A stretch of 64,000 nucleotides of DNA from Deltaproteobacteria bacterium (GCA_032128115.1 JAQBHB010000093.1:42577-106576), one strand, 5' to 3'. Positions 27,351-37,839 are shown, counted from the stretch's first letter. Notes: generated by a model from the letters alone, not told the origin. Translations and numbers: made by a program.

Positions 27351-30070
27351 AGCGCTCGGCTCTCGAGACCCCGATGATGCGCCACTATCTGAGCATCAAG
27401 GCGAAGCACCCGGACGCCATCGTGTTCTATCGGATGGGTGACTTCTACGAGATGTTCCTCAGGGACGCAGAGCTGGCGGCTCCGCTACTCGACATCGCAC
27501 TCACCACCCGGGATCGTGGCAAGACCGATCCGGTTCCCATGTGCGGGATCCCCGTACACAGCGCCGATGGCTACGTGAAGCGATTGGCCGAGCTCGGCCA
27601 CCGGGTGGCCATCTGTGAGCAGGTGGAAGACGCCCGGGCGGCCGCGGGCAAGCGCCTGGTGCGGCGCGATGTCGTGGAGGTGGTGACCCCCGGCCTGGTG
27701 GGTGACCCGGAAGGCATCGAGGCGGTTCGCGAGCTCACCCTGGTGGCCGTCTACCCGGGAGAATCGACGGGCCTGGCCGTGCTTGACGCCTCCACCGGCG
27801 ACCTGCGCGCAACCCGGGTGGACACGCTGGGCCAGGGCAGGCTTGCCCCCGCGCTCCTCGAGGAACTCCAGCGCGTGGAGCCTCGCGAGCTGCTGCTGTC
27901 GGAAGCGGCCGACGGACCCCTGGCCGCGCGCCTTCAGGCGTTGCTTCCGCGGGTGGCAATCACGCGCGTGGCGCCCGCAAGCTTCGAGCCCTCGCGCGCG
28001 CCTGCAGAACCGGACGGCTTCGACGCGAACGCCAGCGATGCGGCCCAGTGCGCGGCGGCCGCCCTGTTGGCGTACCTGCACGCGAACCAGCCGTTCGCAC
28101 TTGCGCAGATCTCGCGACTTCGGCTCTACCGGCTCAGCGACAGCATGATCCTGGATGCGGCCACGTGTTCGCACCTGGAGCTGTTCCGAAACGGCGAAGA
28201 CGGATCGCGGCGCTTCACCCTGATCGAGCGCCTGGATCGCACGCGCACGCCGTTGGGAGCGCGGCGTTTGGCGCGTTGGATGGCGTATCCGCTCACGGAC
28301 CCGGACACGATCCGGAATCGCCAGGATGGCGTGGCGTTCCTCGCCGATCGGGATCGGCAGCGGGCGCGTTTGCGCGATGCCCTGCGGAGCGTGCGCGACA
28401 TGGAACGCCTGCTGGCCAAGACCGCGCGGCCGGGCGCCACGCCCCGTGACCTGGCCGCCCTGCGCGATTCCCTCGAAGCGATTCCGGCGGTGCGGAGCAG
28501 CCTCGAGGATCCGGGCGCCGCGTCTCTCGCGGCGCGCGATGAGAAACGCGGATTGGGCCTGGATCTCGCCGATGGCAGGGATGCGTCGACCTTGACCCTG
28601 CCCGAGCCGGTTCCGCAGCTCGCGGAGCTCCTTCGCACGGGCCTGGTGGACCAGCCGACTGCGGTGGCGCGCGGATCGCGCGGGGCCGGCGAGACCGGGT
28701 ACATCCGGGTCGGATTCCACGCAGAACTCGACGGTGTGCGCGGCGCCATGCACAAGGGCCGCGAGTGGATCGCGGGCCTGGAGGCGCGAGAACGCGGCCG
28801 CACGGGCATCGCCAATCTCAAGATCCGATTCCACCCGGTGCACGGCTACGGGATCGAGGTCACCCGATCCAATCTCGAACGGGTTCCCGACGACTACGAA
28901 CGCAAGCAGACCCTGGCCAACGCGGAGCGCTTCACGACCCCGGAGCTGCGGGCCGAAGAACAAGGCGTGCGCGGCGCTGGCGACCGCGCGGCGGCCCTGG
29001 AACGCGAGATTTTCGAATCCCTGCGCCAGTCTGCGCTTGCGAGCGCGTCGGCGATCCGCGCGGCGGCCGAGGCGGTGGCCGAACTCGATGCGCTGGCTTC
29101 GTTGGCGGAAGTGGCGCGCCAGGACGGCTGGGTGCGGCCCCTGGTGGATGCCGGCGAAGGCCTCGAGATCCGGGCCGGCCGCCATCCGGTCGTCGAACCC
29201 GTGCTGGCCTCCCAGGGCGGCGAGCCCTTCGTGCCCAACGACACGGATCTCGATCCAAGCGGAGTGGCGTTGCTGGTGCTGACCGGGCCGAACATGTCCG
29301 GTAAGAGCACCTACCTGCGACAGGTGGCGCTGCTGGTCCTGCTGGCCCAGATGGGGAGCTTCGTGCCCGCTGAAAGCGCACGCGTGGGCGTGGTGGATCG
29401 GGTCTTCACGCGGGTGGGCGCCAGCGATCGACTGGCGCGGGGCGAGTCCACCTTCATGGTGGAGATGCGCGAGACGGCCGACATCCTGGCCCACGCCTCG
29501 CGCCGGAGTCTCCTGATCCTGGACGAGATCGGCCGGGGCACCAGCACCTACGACGGCCTCTCGATCGCGTGGGCGGTGGCCGAGTACCTCCACGACACCC
29601 CGGGGCTGAGCGCGCGAACTCTGTTCGCCACCCACTATCACGAACTTTCGGATCTGGCGCGCACCAAGGCGCGAGTGCAGAACGCCCACTTCGAAGCCCG
29701 CGAGTGGAACGATACGGTGGTGTTCCTGCGTCGGCTCGTGCCCGGCGCGGCAAGCCGCTCCTACGGTATCCAGGTGGGGCGCCTGGCGGGGCTACCCGAA
29801 CCGGTGTTGGTGCGCGCGCGCGAGATCCTTTCCAACCTGGAACACGAGGAACTCGACGAGCGGGGCCGGCCGCGGATCGCCGGGGGCGTCGGCGCGGCAC
29901 CTGCCCCCGACGACCAGCTTCCGCTCTTCTCCGGGCGCTCGCCGGCGCCGGGGGAGGCGGAGGCCCTGGAGGCCCTGCGCGCAATCGATCCCGATCGCAC
30001 CACGCCGTTGGACGCCCTGGAGCTTCTCACGCGCCTCTCGAAACGGCTCTCGGACACGGGGGGAGCCTGA
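27347..30070 (+). CDS. mutS: DNA mismatch repair protein MutS
   Basis: TPMMRHYLSIKAKHPDAIVFYRMGDFYEMF N-terminus (Phe-x-Glu mismatch motif region), Walker A GPNMSGKST, and DEIGRGTSTYDG. The GTG at 27347 overlaps the upstream stop. The 1291-aa ORF in the track is an artefactual N-terminal extension. Confidence 0.95.
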   Translation: MKRSALETPMMRHYLSIKAKHPDAIVFYRMGDFYEMFLRDAELAAPLLDIALTTRDRGKTDPVPMCGIPVHSADGYVKRLAELGHRVAICEQVEDARAAAGKRLVRRDVVEVVTPGLVGDPEGIEAVRELTLVAVYPGESTGLAVLDASTGDLRATRVDTLGQGRLAPALLEELQRVEPRELLLSEAADGPLAARLQALLPRVAITRVAPASFEPSRAPAEPDGFDANASDAAQCAAAALLAYLHANQPFALAQISRLRLYRLSDSMILDAATCSHLELFRNGEDGSRRFTLIERLDRTRTPLGARRLARWMAYPLTDPDTIRNRQDGVAFLADRDRQRARLRDALRSVRDMERLLAKTARPGATPRDLAALRDSLEAIPAVRSSLEDPGAASLAARDEKRGLGLDLADGRDASTLTLPEPVPQLAELLRTGLVDQPTAVARGSRGAGETGYIRVGFHAELDGVRGAMHKGREWIAGLEARERGRTGIANLKIRFHPVHGYGIEVTRSNLERVPDDYERKQTLANAERFTTPELRAEEQGVRGAGDRAAALEREIFESLRQSALASASAIRAAAEAVAELDALASLAEVARQDGWVRPLVDAGEGLEIRAGRHPVVEPVLASQGGEPFVPNDTDLDPSGVALLVLTGPNMSGKSTYLRQVALLVLLAQMGSFVPAESARVGVVDRVFTRVGASDRLARGESTFMVEMRETADILAHASRRSLLILDEIGRGTSTYDGLSIAWAVAEYLHDTPGLSARTLFATHYHELSDLARTKARVQNAHFEAREWNDTVVFLRRLVPGAASRSYGIQVGRLAGLPEPVLVRAREILSNLEHEELDERGRPRIAGGVGAAPAPDDQLPLFSGRSPAPGEAEALEALRAIDPDRTTPLDALELLTRLSKRLSDTGGA

Positions 30071-31227
30071 TGCGTCGCGCGTGGCCGTGGCTGGCCCTGC
30101 CGCTGCTGCTCGGGTTGCTGGGAATCGAGCGGCCGCGGGGCCTGGGCGATGTGGTGGAAGTGCGCCACTGGTCCTACCCGGACTACACACGGGTGGTGGT
30201 CGAGTTCGACCGGCCGGTGGACAGCCGCGTTCTCCATCTCTCTGCCGACCCGAAAGCCAGGCGGACCGAGCGCTTGTATCTGGACGTCGACGGGATCTGG
30301 GTCGGCAGGCGCTACATCGAGGGCGTCCCGGTGGGCGACGGGCTGCTGAAGGCCGTGCGCCTGGGTCAGAACACGCTGACCACGACGCGGGTGGTGATCG
30401 ACGTGGAGCACTACGAGCGCCACCGCCTGCTGACCCTGACCCATCCGGACCGGCTGGTCGTGGACGTCTATGGCCCGCGCCGTGGCGAGAAGCCCCGGCC
30501 CGCCGATGGGCGCAGACTCTCGTCGCACCTGCGGCCGGTGCGCACCATCGTCGTCGACGCGGGCCACGGCGGCCGCGATCCCGGCGCCATCGGGGTGGGT
30601 AACATCCAGGAAAAGGCGGTGACCCTGCGTCTTGCCAAGGGGCTGGGAAAGCGACTGAAGGCGCTCGGATTCCAGGTGGTCCAGACCCGGGATGACGATC
30701 GCAGCATCGGCCTGGAGGAACGCACCGCCATTGCCGAGGCCGCACAGGGTGATCTGTTCGTGTCGCTGCACGCCAACGCGGCCAAGCGGCGCTCGACTCG
30801 CGGAATCGAGACCTACTACCCGGCAGAGGGCCACGCGCGTCACAGCCTGGGTCTGGCGGCGCGCGAGAACGGAATCAAGCGGGACCAGGTCGACGCGCTC
30901 CAGAGGACGCTGGCCTCGCTCCGGGTCTCGGAGACCTCGCTGAGTTCCCAGCATCTGGCCACGCTGGTACAGGGCCGGATCGTCCAGGGCATCGGGGCTT
31001 CCTACGGTCCCGTGACCAATCTGGGCGTGAAGGAGGGGCCCTTCTACGTGCTCTTCCTGTCCAACATGCCGGCGATCCTGGTGGAGGCGGGGTTCCTCAC
31101 CAACCGTGAGGAGGCGAAACGGTTGCGCGACGACAAGTACCTGGACGCGGTAGCCACCCAGATCGCCCGGGGTCTGCAGAATTACAGCGACGGCCAGACG
31201 GAACTGGCCATGGGGAGCATCGAGTGA
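30070..31227 (+). CDS. N-acetylmuramoyl-L-alanine amidase (AMIN domain + Amidase_3)
   Basis: It has a signal peptide and an AMIN-like segment (VRHWSYPDYTRVVVEFDRPV). The Amidase_3 core is IVVDAGHGGRDPGA ... LFVSLHANA ... ETYY ... PAILVEAGFLTN. Its ATG overlaps the mutS TGA by 1 nt. Confidence 0.9.
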   Translation: MRRAWPWLALPLLLGLLGIERPRGLGDVVEVRHWSYPDYTRVVVEFDRPVDSRVLHLSADPKARRTERLYLDVDGIWVGRRYIEGVPVGDGLLKAVRLGQNTLTTTRVVIDVEHYERHRLLTLTHPDRLVVDVYGPRRGEKPRPADGRRLSSHLRPVRTIVVDAGHGGRDPGAIGVGNIQEKAVTLRLAKGLGKRLKALGFQVVQTRDDDRSIGLEERTAIAEAAQGDLFVSLHANAAKRRSTRGIETYYPAEGHARHSLGLAARENGIKRDQVDALQRTLASLRVSETSLSSQHLATLVQGRIVQGIGASYGPVTNLGVKEGPFYVLFLSNMPAILVEAGFLTNREEAKRLRDDKYLDAVATQIARGLQNYSDGQTELAMGSIE

Positions 31228-33944
31228 TCTCGGCTCCGTCGGTGAACGCCTTCCTCGAGAGTTTCGACGGCGCGCGGCCCGGAGCGGCCGGGGGCAAACG
31301 CGCCGTGGGCAAGGCCGTGCGCGAGTACTGTGGCGCCGTGCGGTCGTACCTGCGCGACCATCGCCGCGAGATCGGGGCGGGACAGGGTCTCAACGAGCGC
31401 CATTCGGATTTCATGGACCAGCTCGTTCGACGCCTGTTCGCGTTGGCCGAGGAGGCCTACTTCTCCGGATCCGGCGACCCGCCGTCCGCCCTCTGCGTGC
31501 TGGCAGTGGGTGGCTACGCCCGACGCGAGATGAGCATCTACTCGGACATGGACCTGCTCTTCCTCCACGGCGGCGAGATCACACCCCACGTGGCATCCGT
31601 GACCGAGGCGATCCAGCACTGGCTCTGGGACGCCGCCCTCTCCGTGGGCTGCGCCACGCGAACCATCGAGCAGACCATCGAGCTGGCGGCCATCGACCCT
31701 ACGGTGCGCACGGGGTTGCTGGAGACGCGTTTCCTGGTGGGGAGTGGGGCCCTGTTCCAGGTGTTCAGCGAGGTTGGCCAGGAGGAGTTGTTCTCGGCGC
31801 CCGACCGGTTCATCGCCGACCAGCTCGAGACCATGCGGGCTCGCCACGCCCACTACGGCGATTCGCTGTATCTGCTGCAGCCGAATCTGAAGGAGGGCGC
31901 CGGAGGATTGCGGGACTATCACGTGGCCTACTGGGCAATGCAGGCCACCCAGGCCCACGCTCGTGGCCGCGAGAACTTTCTGTACCTGGGTCTGCTCACC
32001 GACACCGAACTCCACGAGTACACGCGCGCCCTGGATTTTCTGTGGCAGGCGCGCAATGAGCTGCACCTGATCGCAGGTCGCAAGGGTGACCAGATGAGCT
32101 TCGAGCTGCAGGAGCGCATCGCCAGGTCCCTGGGCTACGAGGAGGCAGGGCGCGAGCTCCCCGTGGAGCAGTTCATGGGCGACTACTATCGTCATGCCCG
32201 CGCCGTGAGCAGCTACTCGTCGCTCGTGATCGAACAGTGTTACTCCCGCGTGCATCGGGAGCCCGCCTCCGAGCCGCCGCGGGAGGTGGAGGATGGCTTC
32301 CGGATCGCCAGGGACCGGCTCGAGATCCCGCACGCGCGCCACCTGCGAGAAGACCCGTTGCGTCTGCTCCGGGTTTTCGCCGTGGCCCAGGACAACGAGG
32401 TGGCGCTCACCCGCAAGGCCGGGCGCATGGTTCGCGAGACCGTCTCCCTCATCGACGATGACTTCCGGACCCGCCCCGAGGCCGCGGAACTCTTCCTGCG
32501 GATCCTGTCGTCCGAGCGGTGGGTCATGCGTTCGCTGATGGCGATGAACGAGATGGGCGTGCTGGCGGCGTTCCTGCCCGAGTGGGAGCACATCGTATGT
32601 CGCTGGCAGCACGTGATGTACCACACGTATACGGTCGACGTGCACTCGATCTTCCTCGTGGAAGAGTTGCGACGTCTGTGGCGCGGCAAGTACGAAGAGG
32701 AGCAGCCGGAGCTGACCGAGCTGGTGCGGGAGAACGAGGACCTGCCGGTTTTATACCTGGGGTGTCTGCTCCATGACATCGGCAAGGGGCTCGGCGGCGA
32801 TCACTCCAATCGCGGCGCCGACCGGGCACGCAGCTGCGTCGAACGCCTGGGGCTCGACCCGGACCGGATCGAGCGCGTGGTGTTCCTGGTCCGCCAGCAT
32901 CTGCTCATGTCGCACCTGGCGCAGCGCCGGGATCTCTCGGACCCGAAGCTGATCCTCGAGTTCGCCCGCATCGTCGGGGACCGGGAGAACCTCCGGAAGC
33001 TGTACCTGATCACGTTCGCCGACATCCGCGCGTCTTCCGCCGCGGCCTGGACCGACTGGAAGGGACGACTGCTGCGCGAACTCTTCGAGCGCACTTCGGA
33101 GTTGCTGGAGGCGGGAGCCGACGATCCCAGCGCGGCCATCGAGATCATCGAGCGGCGCGCGGAGTCGCGGCGGGAGGCGGCCGGCGCCGAGATGCGCGAC
33201 GGCGGTGTCGATGACGAGCAGATCCAGAACTACTGCGACGACATGCCGCGCCGCTATTTCACCGCCCACTCACCGCGCGAGATTTCTCGTCATGCCCGGG
33301 TGGTGTTGGAATTCAACCGCGATCGCATTTCGGCTACCGCCGTGCGCGAGCTTCCCGGAGGTTCGAGCGAGTTCATCCTCTGCGCCCGGGACATCCACGG
33401 CCTCTACTCGAAAGTTGCCGGCGTGCTGACGGCATACAACCTGAACATCCTGGGATCGCATGTGTACAGCACGCGCACGGGGCTCGCGCTGGAGATCTAC
33501 CGGCTCACGACGCCCCGGGGCGGCGATGCGGAGCGACGCCTGGCCTGGTCGGCGATGGTGGATTCCCTGGATCAGGTGCTCACGGAGCGGCTCGACGTGG
33601 CTGCGCTGCTGCGTCGCCGCGGGCGCCCGGTGGGGCTCGATGTGGCCCCGCGTCGGCAGCCGGCGTCGGTCTCCGTGTCGAACGAGGAATCGGACTTCTA
33701 CACGATTGTCGATGTCACCGCGAACGATCGCCTGGGCCTGCTCCACGATCTGACCCGGGTCATCGCCGATCACGGCTTCGAGATCTATATCTCGAAGGCC
33801 GCCACCATCATGGATCAGGTGGCCGACACCTTCTATCTGAAGGACGACAAGGGACGAAAGCTGCGCGAACCGGACGCGATCGAGCGGCTGTGCGCATCGC
33901 TTCGTGACGCCGCCAACCGGGAGGAGGTGGGTCGTGGCGGCTGA
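31224..33944 (+). CDS. glnD: [Protein-PII] uridylyltransferase / uridylyl-removing enzyme
   Basis: 906 aa. It has a nucleotidyltransferase region (LAVGGYARREMSIYSDMDLLF), an HD domain (LLHDIGKG) and two C-terminal ACT domains. Its GTG overlaps the upstream stop. Confidence 0.9.
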   Translation: MISAPSVNAFLESFDGARPGAAGGKRAVGKAVREYCGAVRSYLRDHRREIGAGQGLNERHSDFMDQLVRRLFALAEEAYFSGSGDPPSALCVLAVGGYARREMSIYSDMDLLFLHGGEITPHVASVTEAIQHWLWDAALSVGCATRTIEQTIELAAIDPTVRTGLLETRFLVGSGALFQVFSEVGQEELFSAPDRFIADQLETMRARHAHYGDSLYLLQPNLKEGAGGLRDYHVAYWAMQATQAHARGRENFLYLGLLTDTELHEYTRALDFLWQARNELHLIAGRKGDQMSFELQERIARSLGYEEAGRELPVEQFMGDYYRHARAVSSYSSLVIEQCYSRVHREPASEPPREVEDGFRIARDRLEIPHARHLREDPLRLLRVFAVAQDNEVALTRKAGRMVRETVSLIDDDFRTRPEAAELFLRILSSERWVMRSLMAMNEMGVLAAFLPEWEHIVCRWQHVMYHTYTVDVHSIFLVEELRRLWRGKYEEEQPELTELVRENEDLPVLYLGCLLHDIGKGLGGDHSNRGADRARSCVERLGLDPDRIERVVFLVRQHLLMSHLAQRRDLSDPKLILEFARIVGDRENLRKLYLITFADIRASSAAAWTDWKGRLLRELFERTSELLEAGADDPSAAIEIIERRAESRREAAGAEMRDGGVDDEQIQNYCDDMPRRYFTAHSPREISRHARVVLEFNRDRISATAVRELPGGSSEFILCARDIHGLYSKVAGVLTAYNLNILGSHVYSTRTGLALEIYRLTTPRGGDAERRLAWSAMVDSLDQVLTERLDVAALLRRRGRPVGLDVAPRRQPASVSVSNEESDFYTIVDVTANDRLGLLHDLTRVIADHGFEIYISKAATIMDQVADTFYLKDDKGRKLREPDAIERLCASLRDAANREEVGRGG

Positions 33945-34884
33945 GCGGGGCCGCCAGCTGGCCAGGGCGGTCGATGGCTTCCTGACCCACGCGGCCGTGG
34001 AGCGGGGTCTTTCGCCGCGCACGATCGAGGCCTACTCACGCGACCTGGCCCGCTTCGTTCACCACCTGGACGGACACGGAGTGCGACACACGGATCAGGT
34101 ACGGCGCGAACACGTGCGAAGCTTCGCGGTATCGCTGGCGCGTCGGGGGCTCGCGGCTCGCAGTCGAGCCCGAGCCCTGGTGGCCACGCGTCGTATGCTC
34201 CGCCACGCGGGCGCCGGCGAGGCGGTGCGCGAAGAGCCGGGAGGGCCGCGCGCCGGCCCGCAGGTGGGCGTGAGCCTGCCCCGCATTCTCAGGATCGACG
34301 AGACCGAAGCGCTGATCGAGGCTGCCGACCCGTCCACGCCGCTGGGTGTGCGCGACCGGGCCATGCTGGAGGTGTTGTATGGCGCGGGTCTGCGTGTGAG
34401 CGAGCTGGTGTCGCTGCCGCTGGCGGGCCTGGATCGACGCGCGGGCCTGCTGCGTGTAATGGGCAAGGGCCGGCGCGAGCGGATCGTACCGTTGGGGGCG
34501 CCGGCGTTGGAAGCGCTGGACGCCTACCTGGAGGAGGGCCGCCCGCGCCTGTGTGCCGCCTCCGCGACGCGCGACGACCGCGTCTTCCTGTCGCGCCGCG
34601 GCCGCGCCATGACGCGCCAGAACTTCTTCGTCCGCTTGCGGAAGCTGGCCCGCGTGGCCGGAATCCCCAGCGATCGTGTCTCGCCCCATGTGTTGCGCCA
34701 CGCCTTTGCCACCGACCTGCTGGAGGGCGGCGCCGACCTGCGGTCGGTCCAGACTCTCCTGGGGCATGCCGATCTGTCGACGACACAGATCTACACCCAC
34801 GTCAGCCGCAGCCGGCTTCGCGAGACCGTCGAGCGGCGACACCCTCGCGGTCGGGGAAGGCGGCGCGAGTCGGACCCGAGGTGA
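33934..34884 (+). CDS. xerD: Site-specific tyrosine recombinase XerD
   Basis: ERGLSPRTIEAYSRDLARF N-terminal SAM-like domain. The catalytic region has R...HVLRHAFAT...LGHADLSTTQIYTHV. The GTG at 33934 is preceded by GAGGAGG and overlaps the glnD stop. Confidence 0.85.
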   Translation: MAAERGRQLARAVDGFLTHAAVERGLSPRTIEAYSRDLARFVHHLDGHGVRHTDQVRREHVRSFAVSLARRGLAARSRARALVATRRMLRHAGAGEAVREEPGGPRAGPQVGVSLPRILRIDETEALIEAADPSTPLGVRDRAMLEVLYGAGLRVSELVSLPLAGLDRRAGLLRVMGKGRRERIVPLGAPALEALDAYLEEGRPRLCAASATRDDRVFLSRRGRAMTRQNFFVRLRKLARVAGIPSDRVSPHVLRHAFATDLLEGGADLRSVQTLLGHADLSTTQIYTHVSRSRLRETVERRHPRGRGRRRESDPR

Positions 34885-36215
34885 CGAAGGCCACCTCGGC
34901 GGAGTTCCTGGCTGCGATCCCCGCGCCCGCGGCGAGCCTGGTCGTGGAGCTGGTGTCGGTGGCGGATGCCCAGGGCCTGTCCCTATACGTGGTGGGCGGC
35001 CCCGTGCGCGACCTGCTGCTGGGTCTCCCGGTGGGCGACGTGGATCTGGTGGTGGAGGGCCGGGACGGGAAGGGCGCCGTCGAGCTGGTGCAGGCGGCCG
35101 CACCCGGATCAGCACGTCTCACCGCGCACGACCGCTTCGGGACGGTCAGCTTGCGTCTGGATGCGGCGTCGCTCGACGTGGCCACGGTGCGCAGCGAGAC
35201 CTATGCCCACGACGGGGCTCTGCCCGCCGTGGCGGCGGGCAGCCTGGAGGACGACCTGCGGCGACGAGACTTCAGCGTGAACGCATTGGCGCTGCCCCTG
35301 TCGAAGAAGGCGCGCGCGCGCCACAGTGGGATCGTGGACCTGGAAGGCGGCTTGCGCGACCTGGAGAACCGCCGGCTGCGTGTGTTGCACGAGCGCAGCT
35401 TTCACGACGATCCAACGCGCGCTCTTCGAGCGGCCCGGTTCGGCCCCCGTCTGGGCTTCTCGCTGACCCGGGGCTCGCGCCGCGCCTTGCGCGACGCCCT
35501 GCGCGATGGTGCCTTCGGCCGCGTCAGCGGCGATCGCCTGCGCCGCGAGCTGGTCAAACTCTTCGACGACGCCCACAAGGGACTCGATCCGGTGCCTGCG
35601 CTGCGGCTGCTAGACGAGTGGCATCTGCTTGGCGCGCTGGAGCCCGGGCTGACGCTGGACCGGAGCGTGGCCCCGGCGCTTCGGGCCCTGGGCCGCGCCA
35701 CCGCGTCGCCGCCCTGGCCCGGGGGACGCTGGCGCCCCTGGGCCTCGGGGCTGGCCGTGTGGCTCGCGCCGCTGGCGGCCAGCCTGCGGCGCCGGACCCT
35801 GCAGCGCTTCGCAGTGCGCGGTGCGGCGGCGACCCGCATCGCCGACTTTCCCAAGGCCCAGAAGCGCTGGCTTCGCGCCCTGGAACGGGCGCGCGGCCGC
35901 GGGGCCATCGACGAGGTGCTGAGCGAGCTCGACGAGGATGAACTGCACGCTCTGTGGGCGTGTGCGTCGCCGGCCATGCGACGTCGCGTCGTGCGTTACG
36001 CACAAGAGGATCGCTCCCGTCGGGTGCCGGTGAACGGGGACGACCTGGTGGAGCTGGGTCTCTCGGGGCCGGCATTGGGTCTTGCCCTGGTGCGCCTGCG
36101 CGCGGCCTATCTGGACGGTGCCGCGACCCGGCGGGAAGATCTGCTGGCACTGGCGCGAGAACTGGCGGGCGCGGACCGGGCGCGCAGCTCGCGCCGTGGG
36201 GCGGGGCGGCGTTGA
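34881..36215 (+). CDS. cca: CCA-adding enzyme / poly(A) polymerase-family tRNA nucleotidyltransferase
   Basis: GGPVRDLLLGLPVGDVDLVV head-domain motif and RRDFSVNAL. The GTG at 34881 overlaps the xerD stop (GTGA). The upstream part of the 554-aa ORF is an out-of-gene extension. Confidence 0.8.
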   Translation: MTKATSAEFLAAIPAPAASLVVELVSVADAQGLSLYVVGGPVRDLLLGLPVGDVDLVVEGRDGKGAVELVQAAAPGSARLTAHDRFGTVSLRLDAASLDVATVRSETYAHDGALPAVAAGSLEDDLRRRDFSVNALALPLSKKARARHSGIVDLEGGLRDLENRRLRVLHERSFHDDPTRALRAARFGPRLGFSLTRGSRRALRDALRDGAFGRVSGDRLRRELVKLFDDAHKGLDPVPALRLLDEWHLLGALEPGLTLDRSVAPALRALGRATASPPWPGGRWRPWASGLAVWLAPLAASLRRRTLQRFAVRGAAATRIADFPKAQKRWLRALERARGRGAIDEVLSELDEDELHALWACASPAMRRRVVRYAQEDRSRRVPVNGDDLVELGLSGPALGLALVRLRAAYLDGAATRREDLLALARELAGADRARSSRRGAGRR

Positions 36216-36302
36216 CGTCTGCTTGCCGCCGAGCGTGCGATTCTCCATACTCCCAGCACCCCCCCACAGCAATGTTTTCGTGCGCGCGTACGTGGAGCCC
36301 GG

Positions 36303-37139
36303 ATGTCTTCAGCGTTGACTGGTGATCTCGGCGCGACAGGCTCGAACCGGGCCCCGGCAGAACCTCGCTATGCCGTGTGCCTGCCCGTCTTCGAGGGTCC
36401 GCTCGACCTGTTGCTGCACCTGATCCGGCTCAACGAGGTCGACATCACCGACATCCCCATCGCGCGCGTCGCCGAGCAGTACGTGGAGTATCTCGACCTG
36501 ATGCGCGAGCTCGATCTGGACGTCGCGGGTGAGTACCTGCTGATGGCGGCGACGCTGGCGTGGCTCAAGTCTCGCACCCTGCTGCCCGTGGAGAGTGAGG
36601 CGGACGAGGAGGACGGCCCCGATCCCCGTGCGGAACTGATCGCGCGCCTGATCGAGTATCGCCGCTTCAAGGAAGCGGCGGGCGAGCTGGGCGGGCGCCA
36701 GTTGCTTGGGCGTGACGTCTTCACCGGGTCCGGGCAGGACCTGGAGCCGCTTCCCGACGGCGAGCGCGAGATCGAGGTGGGCGTGTTCGACCTGATCGAG
36801 GCCTACCGGCGGGTGCTGCGCACCGCCACCGAGACTCCGGCAGCCCACGAGATCGAGGCCGAGGCCATCACCGTTCACGAGAGGATGGTGGCGGTGATGC
36901 GGGCCCTCGAGGGCCTCGAATCCATGGAGTTCGAGCGAGTCTTCGTGGACTACGACGGGCACCGCCCGACGCGGCTGGTGTTCGTCGCCACGTTCCTCGC
37001 GATCCTCGAGCTCACGCGTCTTGCCGCCCTGCGGCTCTACCAGGGCTTGAGCGACGAAGGGGCCCCGGAGGGGCCCATCCATCTGCGGCCGGTGGCCCCG
37101 GGCGACGAAAGCTGGATGTCGGCCGTCCCGAACGTGTGA
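36303..37139 (+). CDS. scpA: Segregation and condensation protein A
   Basis: 278 aa. FEGPLDLLLHLIRLNEVDITDIPIARVAEQYVEYL is the ScpA kleisin N-terminal signature. Confidence 0.9.
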   Translation: MSSALTGDLGATGSNRAPAEPRYAVCLPVFEGPLDLLLHLIRLNEVDITDIPIARVAEQYVEYLDLMRELDLDVAGEYLLMAATLAWLKSRTLLPVESEADEEDGPDPRAELIARLIEYRRFKEAAGELGGRQLLGRDVFTGSGQDLEPLPDGEREIEVGVFDLIEAYRRVLRTATETPAAHEIEAEAITVHERMVAVMRALEGLESMEFERVFVDYDGHRPTRLVFVATFLAILELTRLAALRLYQGLSDEGAPEGPIHLRPVAPGDESWMSAVPNV

Positions 37140-37148
37140 GGCGAGACA

Positions 37149-37823
37149 ATGGATGACTCGGAGAAGCGGGGGATCGCGGAGGCCCTGATCGTGGCGTCGG
37201 GGGAGCCTCTCCCGGCGGCCAAGCTGGCGTCGTTGGTCCCGCGGTGCACGCCCAAGCAGGCCCGCAGCCTGGTGGAGGAGCTCAACGCGGAGTACGTCGC
37301 GCAACAGCGATCGTTCGAGATTCGCGAGGTTGCCGGAGGGTTTCAGTTGCGAACCCTGCCTGAGTACGCGAGCTATCTGCAGAAGCTCCGACCGACCCGG
37401 CCGCTGCGTCTATCCCATGCGGCGCTCGAGTCGCTGGCCATCGTGGCGTACCGCCAACCCGTGACGCGCGCAGAGGTGGAGTACGTGCGGGGCGTCGACG
37501 CGGGCCCGGTGCTGCGCAGCCTGTTGGAGCGCAAGCTGGTGAAGATCGCGGGACACCGCGAGGTGCCGGGGCGACCGATGCTCTATGCCACCACGAAGCG
37601 CTTCCTCGAAGTCTTCGGCCTGTCGAAGCTCGACGACCTGCCCACGCTCCGGGACCTGGAGGACCTGGCGGCTTCCGAGGACAATCCCGTGGGCAACCCA
37701 GCTGACGAACCGGCCGCATCATCCCCCGGGGCCGCATCATCCCCCGGGTTGGAGAGCGAGCCCCATGCGCTGGCCGCCCTGGTGTCGCTCTCCGCTCTGG
37801 AGCCCCGCGGCGAACCCCACTGA
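37149..37823 (+). CDS. scpB: Segregation and condensation protein B
   Basis: AEALIVASGEPL, LRTLPEYA, LESLAIVAYRQPVTRAEVEYVRGVD and ATTKRFLEVFGL motifs. The C-terminal tail contains an exact AASSPG-AASSPG duplication. Confidence 0.9.
   Translation: MDDSEKRGIAEALIVASGEPLPAAKLASLVPRCTPKQARSLVEELNAEYVAQQRSFEIREVAGGFQLRTLPEYASYLQKLRPTRPLRLSHAALESLAIVAYRQPVTRAEVEYVRGVDAGPVLRSLLERKLVKIAGHREVPGRPMLYATTKRFLEVFGLSKLDDLPTLRDLEDLAASEDNPVGNPADEPAASSPGAASSPGLESEPHALAALVSLSALEPRGEPH
37713..37748. repeat. Perfect 2 x 18-bp in-frame tandem duplication inside the scpB tail
   Basis: GCCGCATCATCCCCCGGG occurs at 37713-37730 and again at 37731-37748. It encodes AASSPG twice. Confidence 0.95.
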
Positions 37824-37839
37824 ACGCCGGGCGGGCCCG

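Noticed and set aside
33934-34884. Tyrosine recombinase as a marker of an integrated mobile element
   Set aside because: The sequence has XerD-type motifs. The gene is translationally coupled between glnD and cca in a housekeeping block. No flanking direct repeats, tRNA gene or phage/transposon genes are present.
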